Source: Escherichia phage VEcB. Taken from it: a stretch of 64,000 nucleotides of DNA. Position 1 is the stretch's first letter, and the number at the start of each line of letters is the position of its first letter. A program made the position numbers and the translations under genes. The notes beneath the pieces were generated by a model. That model saw nothing but the letters and a program-made list of their open reading frames with translations, made no database searches and was not told the origin of the DNA. The stretch lies in sequence record NC_052663.1. One strand, 5' to 3'. Below are positions 29,840-38,758 of this stretch, in pieces.

Positions 29840-30556
29840 TTATTTCAGTTTGTAAACAATTACATTTAAACCTTTGTTCACTAGAGTTTCTTCGATCATA
29901 AGTTTTACAATATTCCAAGAACCTCCAGCCAAACCACAACCAAGCATTGGTAAACCTACAATTTTACCGCCTGAAGATACAACATCGTCTCCCATACTAT
30001 CTAACGCATTGTAGATAGCTTCATAATTCAGGTCACGCTTACCTTCCTCACGACGACTATAACCATATTGTCCATATAAATTATAAATTGTCAAATTGTT
30101 TTCTGCATACTTAGTAAACGTACCTAATTTTTTATAATCACCACGTTTAGTGGCACAATCTGCTTTAAACGCACCAGGCCACTTGCTTTTAATTTTTGGT
30201 GCAATACCACTACCCATAGTGCAAAAACAGTTACAGCAGTGTGCTATAGCGTCTATATCGCCTCTCTCGGCTGCTGCTAAAAGATCACCGTACACCTCAA
30301 TGATACCTGCTGGATAACTTGTTACAATTTCATCTTCCCAGTACATTTTCTCTACACCACCGATCAGTGCAAAGTTTTGTGTAATACGATCATCAATGTA
30401 ATTAAGACCTGAGACATACACAGCGTATTCATCACGTGCTGTGATACCTTGTACACGAATTCTTAAGACACCATCTTTATCTGTTGCTACACGCCCAAAA
30501 TCTTTTTCTGTAATATTGGTGATAGGATCTCCGAAAGTCATTACTTTATTAGACAT
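29840..30556 (-). CDS. Macro-domain-like protein (putative ADP-ribose binding/processing)
   Basis: DAIAHCCNCFCTMGSGIA aligns in pattern with the macro motif (AIVNAAN..LLGGGGVDGAI); second glycine-rich motif GLPMLGCGLAGGSW; ATG overlaps the PRTase stop (AGGGGA RBS). Confidence 0.4.
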   Translation of the reverse strand: MSNKVMTFGDPITNITEKDFGRVATDKDGVLRIRVQGITARDEYAVYVSGLNYIDDRITQNFALIGGVEKMYWEDEIVTSYPAGIIEVYGDLLAAAERGDIDAIAHCCNCFCTMGSGIAPKIKSKWPGAFKADCATKRGDYKKLGTFTKYAENNLTIYNLYGQYGYSRREEGKRDLNYEAIYNALDSMGDDVVSSGGKIVGLPMLGCGLAGGSWNIVKLMIEETLVNKGLNVIVYKLK

Positions 30557-31406
30557 AATAATCCCCTTTAACATTAGGTTTGTTGATAATGTTGCTTTCA
30601 AAAAATTGACGTAGGAAATCAAAGTTCTCTTTGTATTTTTCAATGTTATTGTAACCTTCTGCAAGGCAACCAAAGAACAGTTGTTCTACATAATACAAAG
30701 GAAGTTGTGAAAGTGCAATTTTAAAGTCAACTTCGCTTTGACTCATTAGATACTTAATAGGACGAACCAAACATTTAGCATCAGCTTCTTGCTTAATCAT
30801 TTTAATAAAAGCTGCCAGATTATTGATATAGTTGAAGTTAAGTGCAGCTTCGGTGTTGGCTTCTGTACCTTCATACTTTGCAAAGTACAGGAAAAACGTA
30901 TTGTTTTCAACACCTTCTTTGTCTAAAATTTCAATAAGTTTTTCTTCGTGTGTACCTGTAATATTAACATCATCAATGAAAATCAGATTTTTATCGCCCC
31001 AAAAATCACGATTGATAGAGAAAGTATCACCATCGATCAAAGCCTTACGATCTTCTTTGCTAAGAAATCCATAATCATTGATATAGCTTACTTTACGATG
31101 AACGATATCCCACTCTACTGCTTTACCTCCTTTGATAGAGATTAGGTAGTTGAGGTGATCTACAAAATGTTCAGATAACACTGTAGCTGCATTTTTAACA
31201 TAGTTATACGGAGATGGAATAACAACAGAACTTTCATTTACCAGTCGTTCTTCATATTTAGAAAAGAAACTTTCAGCCAGAATGCGTCCCATTCTTTTTG
31301 CTGCCTGGTTACTACCAAACTTTAGTTTGGAATAATCTGCAATGTTAAATTTTGCTTCCTTCAGGTTAGTAAAAGTATTAGCAAAATGTTGAATTTGATT
31401 ACGCAT
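30549..31406 (-). CDS. Phosphoribosyltransferase-like (PRTase) protein
   Basis: PRPP-binding-type motif NLIFIDDVNITGTHEEKL; 8-nt overlaps with both neighbouring genes. Confidence 0.55.
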   Translation of the reverse strand: MRNQIQHFANTFTNLKEAKFNIADYSKLKFGSNQAAKRMGRILAESFFSKYEERLVNESSVVIPSPYNYVKNAATVLSEHFVDHLNYLISIKGGKAVEWDIVHRKVSYINDYGFLSKEDRKALIDGDTFSINRDFWGDKNLIFIDDVNITGTHEEKLIEILDKEGVENNTFFLYFAKYEGTEANTEAALNFNYINNLAAFIKMIKQEADAKCLVRPIKYLMSQSEVDFKIALSQLPLYYVEQLFFGCLAEGYNNIEKYKENFDFLRQFFESNIINKPNVKGDYYV

Positions 31407-32055
31407 TAATAAGTTCCTCTTTTTTAAGTTTAGCCAACAAGTCTTCTGGATTAATAATATGACAGAACTTCATCCCTATGTCAACAGCTTTTCCATCATA
31501 AATCAAACTATCTCCAACGTGTAAAATCTCCTCTGGTGCGAGATCAAACGTCACCATTTCATCAAAAGAGAGTTTAAAAAACCTAGGATCTGGTTTACAC
31601 AAGCAAAACTCGTCAGAAAAATGCATAAAGTCGAATGGTAATTTTGTTAAGCCAGAATATACAGCTAAGAAACTACCTGGTACAAAATTAGTATTGCTCT
31701 TAATACTCAAAGAGTAGGTTGAACTTAACTCTTCCAACTTCTTGCAAAGTTCAGGATTCAATGTTGGAGGATGTTTTATAAACATTGCTAAACAGTCTCT
31801 TTTTAACCCATCCACTTTATCAAGATCAATGTTCAAACGAGTAGAAAGTGTTACCCAAGCATCCTTAGACGTTCCACAAATGCCTTTTTCTGCTTTTAAA
31901 TCCAAGAGAGTTTTTACCTCTTTATATACGGTAGCTGCTTCTACCTCAGAACAAGAGGCATACTCGGCAATAACCTTGTTGCGCTCTTCTGCATACAAAG
32001 GGTTAGCAGTAATAAGAGTATTCCATACATCAAAAGAAATATGCTTAACAGTCAT
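31399..32055 (-). CDS. HAD-superfamily hydrolase (phosphatase/dehalogenase-like)
   Basis: Motif I ISFDVWNTL, KPDPR, motif IV HVGDSLIYDG; start set at Met with GGAGG RBS. Confidence 0.6.
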   Translation of the reverse strand: MTVKHISFDVWNTLITANPLYAEERNKVIAEYASCSEVEAATVYKEVKTLLDLKAEKGICGTSKDAWVTLSTRLNIDLDKVDGLKRDCLAMFIKHPPTLNPELCKKLEELSSTYSLSIKSNTNFVPGSFLAVYSGLTKLPFDFMHFSDEFCLCKPDPRFFKLSFDEMVTFDLAPEEILHVGDSLIYDGKAVDIGMKFCHIINPEDLLAKLKKEELINA

Positions 32056-32225
32056 TTTTAATCCTCCGTCCAAAAGAATATCATCTGCTTAATTTTATTG
32101 ATCTCTTGATGTAGTAACTTTCCAGCATGTGATTGATCTTTAATATTGACAGCAAGAATTTCAAGCTCCGTTAGTTTTTCCTGGATAGCTTTATATTCAT
32201 CATCTGTAAGCATTTTCTTCCCCCT

Positions 32226-32429
32226 TTAGAATGGTAATCTTTGTATGTCACTTATCCCCACACCAAGAAGTCTAGCAATATCCTTATCTAAAAGCAACTC
32301 TTTTTGTTCTAAAATGTTAATCAGATCTCCTAATACTTCTTTAATGTCACGATCATTTTTAGCAACGTGACCACCTGCCGTATCAACTTTATCTTTAAAA
32401 ACAAAGTAATGATCCATAATACCCTCCAT
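32226..32429 (-). CDS. Hypothetical small protein
   Basis: ORF track. Confidence 0.3.
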   Translation of the reverse strand: MEGIMDHYFVFKDKVDTAGGHVAKNDRDIKEVLGDLINILEQKELLLDKDIARLLGVGISDIQRLPF

Positions 32430-32435
32430 ATAAAT

Positions 32436-32458
32436 AAAGGAGGCTTTCGCCTCCTTTT
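32436..32458. terminator. Hairpin terminator between the ATPase paralog A gene and 32226..32429
   Basis: GGAGGC-TTTC-GCCTCC hairpin with T-rich flanks. Confidence 0.45.
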
Positions 32459-32463
32459 ATCAC

Positions 32464-33624
32464 TTAGTAAGAACGACCACCAAACACATACTCTGTGTAG
32501 TTTTTACGTTCTTTGTTTTTAATAACAACTTCAATGTTGTTACCTTTATCATCGGTGAACACAAAGTGATAACCGTCACCACCCATTGTACGGATGTGTT
32601 TTTCATCATACGTCAGCAAGATACGGTCTACACCCCAGTAGTAGTCACCTTCTTCATCTTTGTCTTCTACTGTAACGACCCCTTCCATTTCAGGAAGATG
32701 TTCTTCTCCTAGCTTATGGTCTACAGCTACAACATAACGATTACCGCTAAACAAACCCTGTGCTGTCATACCGTCAATATCGGTATCTGCCGAAACATCT
32801 CCTGTACGATCTACACCGTTGACTTTCAGAAGTTTAACTTCTTTTGCAGCATAGCGGTGTTCAGTAATACTGATACCCATTAATGCAAGTGCATCAGAGA
32901 ATTTGTCATTAGGGTAACGGTTAAGTTCTTCTACTAATGACTGAACAATATCAAAGTTCAAGTCCACGGACAGATTATAAAGCGTTTCAAAATCTGGTAA
33001 AAAGGCTTTGTTCTCCAGATTTTTAGCCAGATAATCATCCATAGTAGCTTTAGGTAGTTTCTTATAGCTAAAACTGTAGAAAATACGGCTAGGACGATTA
33101 CGCAAAAATTCTGATACATAACCATCATTTTTAGTCAATACAAACAGCTTGTCATAACCACCAACACCATCCAGCAGGGTAAGCAAACCATCTTGTGCAT
33201 CTTTTTCAGCATACAGTTTATCAAATTCATCGATCATAATCATCACAGGTTGTGTGATTTTAGACATAAAGTTGATAAAGCCTTCACCATTAAAAGCACT
33301 ACCGATAGAAATAGTAGGAATACCCATTTCACGAAGAGCAGAAGACAGCATTTTAGCTTGCAAAGTTTTACCGCTACCTTTCGTACCCTCAAGGAGAACA
33401 CCTGTGTTTTTACCTTTGCGGCTAAGGAACGTCTTGATAATACGTTCTGATTTATCATCAGTATCACCGTATGTTACTGAAGGGACTTCCATATCGTTTT
33501 TAGGATACAGGAAGAACTCGCCACTTTGAGTAACACCTACACCAAAAGTTCCTGCTGGAATTTCTTCAATATCTGTACCAGACTTCTGACGCAGGAAGAT
33601 TTGATTGCCGAATACTGTAAACAT
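32464..33624 (-). CDS. P-loop NTPase (AAA-like), paralog A
   Basis: Walker A GTKGSGKT, Walker B MIMIDEFDK; colinear paralog of 49159..50286 on the + strand. Confidence 0.55.
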   Translation of the reverse strand: MFTVFGNQIFLRQKSGTDIEEIPAGTFGVGVTQSGEFFLYPKNDMEVPSVTYGDTDDKSERIIKTFLSRKGKNTGVLLEGTKGSGKTLQAKMLSSALREMGIPTISIGSAFNGEGFINFMSKITQPVMIMIDEFDKLYAEKDAQDGLLTLLDGVGGYDKLFVLTKNDGYVSEFLRNRPSRIFYSFSYKKLPKATMDDYLAKNLENKAFLPDFETLYNLSVDLNFDIVQSLVEELNRYPNDKFSDALALMGISITEHRYAAKEVKLLKVNGVDRTGDVSADTDIDGMTAQGLFSGNRYVVAVDHKLGEEHLPEMEGVVTVEDKDEEGDYYWGVDRILLTYDEKHIRTMGGDGYHFVFTDDKGNNIEVVIKNKERKNYTEYVFGGRSY

Positions 33625-33644
33625 AGTTTTCTCCTCTATTTAAT

Positions 33645-34115
33645 TTAGTCAGATTCCCAAATGTTGTCTTTCTTAACCCACATTCGTTGATTATCTGAAC
33701 CTCTATAACGTTTCGTTGTTGGTTGAGTCATATCATACTTACCATCTATTACTATGTCAACCAGTTTTTTAATTTTCTCTGGAATTTCTTCAAAAAGATA
33801 TCCTGTATATAAGACAATATCTTTTTTGTTTCCAAAACAATCTCTTACCTTCTCAAGAACATACTCTACAGTGTCAATGTTCTCTTTGTCAAGAGGTTCA
33901 CCACCTAAAACTGTTAATCCTTTAATGAAAGGTCGAGATAAATCTTCCAAGATAAGATCTAATGTTTCAGTAGTGAACTCTTGTCCGTAGTTATACGACC
34001 AGGCTTTCTGGTTGAAGCAGCCACGGCAACCGTGGCTACAACCGCTCACCCACAAAGAGCATCTTACACCGTCACCGTTGAGCATGTCAACAGGTTCATA
34101 TCCGGCGTAATTCAA
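33645..34115 (-). CDS. nrdG: Anaerobic ribonucleotide reductase activating protein (radical SAM)
   Basis: Cys cluster CSHGCRGC near N-terminus; 156 aa; directly downstream of nrdD; TTG start with RBS. Confidence 0.65.
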   Translation of the reverse strand: MNYAGYEPVDMLNGDGVRCSLWVSGCSHGCRGCFNQKAWSYNYGQEFTTETLDLILEDLSRPFIKGLTVLGGEPLDKENIDTVEYVLEKVRDCFGNKKDIVLYTGYLFEEIPEKIKKLVDIVIDGKYDMTQPTTKRYRGSDNQRMWVKKDNIWESD

Positions 34116-35050
34116 AAATGTTTCTCCCTTTCTAATACTTCTTGCATTTTACCTTTATTATAAGGGCGAGAGTTAGGGGCAGAAAGGTATCCTGACACTC
34201 TTCTGATCACAGATATGGATTCTTCTTCATGATTACCGCAACTTGGACACTCGAAGCCTTTAGCCGTTGCTTTAAATTCACCATGAAAACCACATTTGAA
34301 ACACTGATCTACAGGTTGGTTCACGCCAAAATAAGGAATTTTGTTGTAGGCATAATCTACAAGAGTTTCCAGTGCTTGCAAGTTATTTTTAAGGTTTGGT
34401 GTTTCTACATAACCTATGTTCCCACCATTACTAATTTGTGCAAAACCTTCCTCATAATCCCACTTTTGGAACGGGGTAGTGTGCATCCACACAGGTTGAT
34501 GGAAAGAGTTTGTCAAGTAGTCACGATCAATAGAACCAGGATAGCGATCATTTAATGCTTTGGCAAATTTATAGCACAAGGATTCTGCTGGTGTTCCATA
34601 CAAACTAAAAGCTAAACCAGAACGTTCTTTAAATGTGCCACAGATATCCTTCATATATTGAAGGATGTTTTTACCCATTGCTTTTGGATTGGTGTTACCT
34701 GGGTATAAAATCTCCATAGCTTCTGCTAAACCTACATAACCGATACTAATAGAGGCATAACCACCTTCGAATAGTTTACCAATCTCTTCATTAGCTTCTA
34801 GTCGAGCTAAAGCCCCTTCCATAAACAATGTAGGGTTTTGAGATGCTTTGGTATGTCTAATACGGTTAACACGTAGCATATGTGCCTTATACGCCATCTC
34901 CATATGTTGTTCCAACAGTTCAGTAAATAAGATGCCCTTTTCACGGGACTCTGCTGCAATGATAGGTAAGTTTAAAGAAACTACGCCTAAGTTGAAACGA
35001 CCATCATATTTTTCACCTTGCTCTGTTGCATAGTATGACAAGAAACTTCT
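34112..35050 (-). CDS. nrdD: Anaerobic ribonucleoside-triphosphate reductase, 3' exon (C-terminal half); upstream boundary is the intron 3' splice site, not mapped
   Basis: C-terminal Zn ribbon CFKCG...CPSCG and glycyl-radical motif RRVSGYL; the first residues of the track ORF are intron sequence. Confidence 0.7.
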   Translation of the reverse strand, partial: RSFLSYYATEQGEKYDGRFNLGVVSLNLPIIAAESREKGILFTELLEQHMEMAYKAHMLRVNRIRHTKASQNPTLFMEGALARLEANEEIGKLFEGGYASISIGYVGLAEAMEILYPGNTNPKAMGKNILQYMKDICGTFKERSGLAFSLYGTPAESLCYKFAKALNDRYPGSIDRDYLTNSFHQPVWMHTTPFQKWDYEEGFAQISNGGNIGYVETPNLKNNLQALETLVDYAYNKIPYFGVNQPVDQCFKCGFHGEFKATAKGFECPSCGNHEEESISVIRRVSGYLSAPNSRPYNKGKMQEVLEREKHF

Positions 35051-35083
35051 ACACATTATGTTCAAAGTGGCTCGCAAGGCCAC

Positions 35084-35814
35084 TCCCGCACCATTACGTG
35101 CTGCTGCATGTCACCATGCAGATCAGACTATATCTTCATGCTTAAAGCATGTCTACCATTTGGGGTGTCATAGGCTTACACCCTACGCTGCTACATTCAT
35201 CACAGCTAGTCGTTAGGCATTTCGTAACAGAACTCATAATCATAATTATTTGGTGCTCCGCGCTTTAAGATTGCAGATATTCTTTTTCTGTCCAACCCTA
35301 AAGCGTCAGCACAACATCTCAGACTTTTAAAGTAAAAAACTTCACCAGTAGCCTTATGAGTAGCTTTTACACTGTGACACCTTGTGTAGAAAGCATAACA
35401 GTTATTATCGTAACCCTCTTGCGTGTTGTCTGGACAAGATCCCCACTCAAGATTGTATACACTGTTGTCTTTCCTATTGTCACCTTTATGCTTCACATAA
35501 GGTAAATTGTCTGGATTGGGTAAAAACGCTTCAGCTACAAGTCTGTGCACCCGAAAGCAAACAGTTTTCTTGTTTTTACGTATTCTGACAAGTTGGTATC
35601 CTGTGTTTATTTCTTCCCACGAGCGAAGGATTCTTTCATCCTTATACCTGGTACAATAAACATTTCCAAGCTCGTCAATTTCATACCCTTCAAAATCACG
35701 AATTTGTTTTCTCATATCAGTACCCCCCTTCTTCTGTGTTGGGAGTTCTGTTACGTTTAGCACGGGATTGTCTCGTTGAGAGTTCCCCCGTTTAGGCAGA
35801 TTTTACATGAGCAG
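35084..35814 (-). mobile_element. Group I self-splicing intron interrupting nrdD, carrying an HNH endonuclease ORF
   Basis: nrdD is split into two same-strand ORFs; intervening RNA (minus strand) begins ...CUGCCUAAACGGGGGAACUCUCAACGAGACAAUCCCGUGCUAAACG, closely resembling the conserved core of T4-type group I introns; boundaries approximate. Confidence 0.6.
35206..35715 (-). CDS. Intron-encoded HNH homing endonuclease
   Basis: HNH-type motif HRLVAEAFLPNP...HKGDNRKDNSVYNLEWGS; start at internal ATG with AAGGGGGG RBS; lies within the nrdD intron. Confidence 0.6.
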   Translation of the reverse strand: MRKQIRDFEGYEIDELGNVYCTRYKDERILRSWEEINTGYQLVRIRKNKKTVCFRVHRLVAEAFLPNPDNLPYVKHKGDNRKDNSVYNLEWGSCPDNTQEGYDNNCYAFYTRCHSVKATHKATGEVFYFKSLRCCADALGLDRKRISAILKRGAPNNYDYEFCYEMPND

Positions 35815-36681
35815 TTATAGTTTACCCATGCTTGTGACGCGACCATCTGAAGATCCTGTAACTTCTTTGTTTAAAGGTACAGAGATAAAATCAGGATAAA
35901 TGCGTTCAGCACAACACTCCATTGCCAGTTGCTTCAAATCATAATTTGGATCGCCAGCTTTCATGTTAACACCATCTTCCAAGAAGAAGATAACTTTAGG
36001 AAACACAGGAGTTACCCTATCTTTTCCTAATCCTTGTTTGTGCACCATTAGGTAGTTTTTAGTGATCATTCTACCAAAAGCAGAGGTATCCAAACCTAAA
36101 CTAATTGTTATAAAAGGTGACTGACCATTTACACTCATTAGGGTGTTCACCTGGTAGATTAAAGTTTGCATTGCATCATAGACCTGTTTATCTACCATAC
36201 GCATAGCAATATCATAATCGCCAACATCGGCATATATTTTATTAAAACTTGCTTTAACGTATTGACTAAGCCCAGTATCAACATGTGCACAAGTTTGTCC
36301 ACCATATTGGCTAGAAGCTACTGCTTGAATAATTTGAGTTAGGACAGTAGTTGCTACACCAATAGATTTTGGTTTTTCAATATGTGCATTACCAATACGG
36401 AAACCGTTCTCAAGCATATCTTGGTAATTTACCAGGCAACAATTAGTTAAAGGTGAGAGTAAATAATCTAAATCGTGGATGTGACCATACCCACTTTTAT
36501 GCCATTCTGCTAAATCTTCAGGCAAAATATGGGTCATTGCCATGTGCTTGCTTAGGATACCTGCTAGTAAATCTCGGTGAGTATTAACAATCATTGCAGG
36601 TTTGTTTGCATTTTCACGAGTAAATTCTTCGGATGTTTGTTCGAGGAATCCGATTACATCCTCATATAGTTTTTGGGTCAT
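35815..36681 (-). CDS. nrdD: Anaerobic ribonucleoside-triphosphate reductase, 5' exon (N-terminal half); true exon end is the 5' splice site a little upstream of the in-frame stop
   Basis: Start at ATG with GGAGG RBS (MTQKLYEDV...); exon 1 plus exon 2 total about 600 aa. Confidence 0.65.
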   Translation of the reverse strand: MTQKLYEDVIGFLEQTSEEFTRENANKPAMIVNTHRDLLAGILSKHMAMTHILPEDLAEWHKSGYGHIHDLDYLLSPLTNCCLVNYQDMLENGFRIGNAHIEKPKSIGVATTVLTQIIQAVASSQYGGQTCAHVDTGLSQYVKASFNKIYADVGDYDIAMRMVDKQVYDAMQTLIYQVNTLMSVNGQSPFITISLGLDTSAFGRMITKNYLMVHKQGLGKDRVTPVFPKVIFFLEDGVNMKAGDPNYDLKQLAMECCAERIYPDFISVPLNKEVTGSSDGRVTSMGKL

Positions 36682-36699
36682 TAATCCTCCGTGGAAAAT

Positions 36700-36724
36700 A
36701 AAAGCCAGCATTAAGCTGGCTTTA
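36700..36724 (-). terminator. Terminator upstream of nrdD
   Basis: GCCAGC-ATTAA-GCTGGC hairpin followed on the minus strand by TTTTATTTT. Confidence 0.5.
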
Positions 36725-36770
36725 GGGTGGATCTTTATTTTAAATCTTTTTCGTAAGATTGTCCTTGATC

Positions 36771-37721
36771 TTAGTCAAGGTTTTTGGTAATACGTGTACA
36801 ACCGTCAGAAGTCAAACCGTCAACTTGAGTTTCCCAAGTGCCATGAATATTTCGGAACAATGTTGTTACACCTTTTGGTTCATTAATAATGATTGCCATA
36901 ACAAGTTTAGGATCGATAACAGACATAATCTTTTCCTCAATACCCTCTGTAATAACATTATTACGCACAATATTAATTACATCTTCTTGTACAGTAAGAG
37001 TGCTTACGTTCTTAAGAGTATATACCTGCTGCGTAGTGTAAATGATACGAACATAGCTTACAGAACGAGTAGGCACAGGTTTACGCGGTCGGCGAAAACG
37101 TGGTTTTGGTGAAGATTCAGTCTTACTTTCATTTTTTGAATAATACTCCTCAAACAGTTTAGTAAATGTTTTTACATCAACTACAAACCGATCTTTCCTA
37201 TATGGAGAATACTTATGTGCACCATTAATTCCACTGTTTTCATCAAAGAAAGTAATATTTTCTTCAGTTGAATATGTTAGATAATGGTCTGCATCTTTCC
37301 AATGTGGTTGTGGACAATGCGGATTACAAACGGAAAGCAGATAACTAATATCTTCTTCCGTTGCACTAGTATCCAGGAAACATGTATTATGCACAGACAG
37401 TTCTACTTTTTCAACCATATCCTTTTCTTTATCCTCTTTGGCAAGATACTCAGTACGAATAATATCCAGAAAATCTTTAGGTGTTACTTCCATAAATGTA
37501 TATTCAGGGTGAAGTTCCATATATTCAAATCCACAACCATCTAATTGCTGTAGGAAGTTAGGATAGAAGAACAAGTCATTAACACTATGAATCAGATCAT
37601 TGATTTCTGCTTCAGATGTGTAACCAAAACTCTTGTGAATTGCTTCATTAAGAATATGCAGGATACCCATCTCTTCTGCTGCTTTTTTAACTTCCAGTTT
37701 ATTAGCGTAAAATGCAATCAT
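36771..37721 (-). CDS. Hypothetical protein
   Basis: ORF track; AAGGAG RBS. Confidence 0.4.
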   Translation of the reverse strand: MIAFYANKLEVKKAAEEMGILHILNEAIHKSFGYTSEAEINDLIHSVNDLFFYPNFLQQLDGCGFEYMELHPEYTFMEVTPKDFLDIIRTEYLAKEDKEKDMVEKVELSVHNTCFLDTSATEEDISYLLSVCNPHCPQPHWKDADHYLTYSTEENITFFDENSGINGAHKYSPYRKDRFVVDVKTFTKLFEEYYSKNESKTESSPKPRFRRPRKPVPTRSVSYVRIIYTTQQVYTLKNVSTLTVQEDVINIVRNNVITEGIEEKIMSVIDPKLVMAIIINEPKGVTTLFRNIHGTWETQVDGLTSDGCTRITKNLD

Positions 37722-37738
37722 TATGTTCTCCTTCTAAA

Positions 37739-38173
37739 TTAGTTTAAAATTTCTTTGGCAATGGTAGAAGCAAGTTTTCCATCATATTGATTAGGATACT
37801 CTGCTTTAAGGTGTTTCATCATATCTGGCATTTTCTTGCCTGTCAAGGCAAATTCTTCAGCAATCGCTCGAAGGTCATCTTCAGATAGCATTTCTGGTAA
37901 ATATTTTTCCAGAGTGGTGATATCACGCATAGCTCGCTCACATTTGCTAATGGAAGCATTAACTTTCTTAAGTGAGTCTAGCTCCTCTTTAGCGTGTGCA
38001 ATACCAATCTTAACAATGTTAATCATAATATCATCTTCTGATTTATTTAGATTTGCCTTTTGAGTACGAGCAAGGTCAAACTCACCAATAATATTAGTTA
38101 ACAAAGCAAAAGCACCTTTATCGGTTGTACGTGCTAAGATACGATCTGCTTTCATTTGTGTCACAATAGACAT
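37739..38173 (-). CDS. GatB/YqeY-domain protein
   Basis: C-terminal MMKHLKAEYPNQYDGKLASTIAKEIL resembles the YqeY/GatB C-terminal domain; 144 aa. Confidence 0.5.
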   Translation of the reverse strand: MSIVTQMKADRILARTTDKGAFALLTNIIGEFDLARTQKANLNKSEDDIMINIVKIGIAHAKEELDSLKKVNASISKCERAMRDITTLEKYLPEMLSEDDLRAIAEEFALTGKKMPDMMKHLKAEYPNQYDGKLASTIAKEILN

Positions 38174-38185
38174 TCTATTCTCCTC

Positions 38186-38758
38186 TTATTTGCTAATGCT
38201 TTGAATCTTATTTACAACACGGTTTATTGCCAGTGAAGCCCTAGGCTCCGCAATACCTGTTGCATAGATATAAGGATGACCTTTTGGAGACTCCCTCATA
38301 CCGAATGAACCTAATTCTAAACCATATTCATCCTCTACGTCAACCCCAATATTAGTGGGTACTAAATATGTTTTAACTCCATAGTAAGTAGAGAAGAAAC
38401 AGCGCATAGAGTTAGCATACTCTTCAATTGTAGCATCAGGGTAGAACTCAATCAACTCCAATTTCAAGAAAATATTGAAATGAGTGTCATCTAAATTTTC
38501 TTCTGTACGGTAACATGGTGTTAGTGCCATATAAGGATTACCTGCTGCAAATTCAAAACCATCCTTCTCCATTTGCAGGAAAGATTGTTCTGCACTGGCT
38601 ACATAGTATTTACCGTTAGGATGCCCTAATGGGCGATCCTCTTTATTTTCTGGTAGTGTGTACGCCAGTATATCAGCATCCACGAGATATGGAACTTCCA
38701 ACATTTGTGCAAACCGACCATAGTAATCAATAGCTTGAGCTATTACTTCAACATTCAT
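38186..38758 (-). CDS. Hypothetical protein
   Basis: ORF track. Confidence 0.35.
   Translation of the reverse strand: MNVEVIAQAIDYYGRFAQMLEVPYLVDADILAYTLPENKEDRPLGHPNGKYYVASAEQSFLQMEKDGFEFAAGNPYMALTPCYRTEENLDDTHFNIFLKLELIEFYPDATIEEYANSMRCFFSTYYGVKTYLVPTNIGVDVEDEYGLELGSFGMRESPKGHPYIYATGIAEPRASLAINRVVNKIQSISK

Noticed and set aside
29840-30673. First ~39 codons of the longest macro-like ORF
   Set aside because: They overlap the PRTase 3' end in another frame; an internal ATG with an AGGGGA RBS overlapping the PRTase stop is the more plausible start.
34112-35083. Track ORF 34112..35083 as an independent gene starting at its first Met
   Set aside because: Its N-terminal residues are translated intron sequence; the region is the 3' exon of nrdD.
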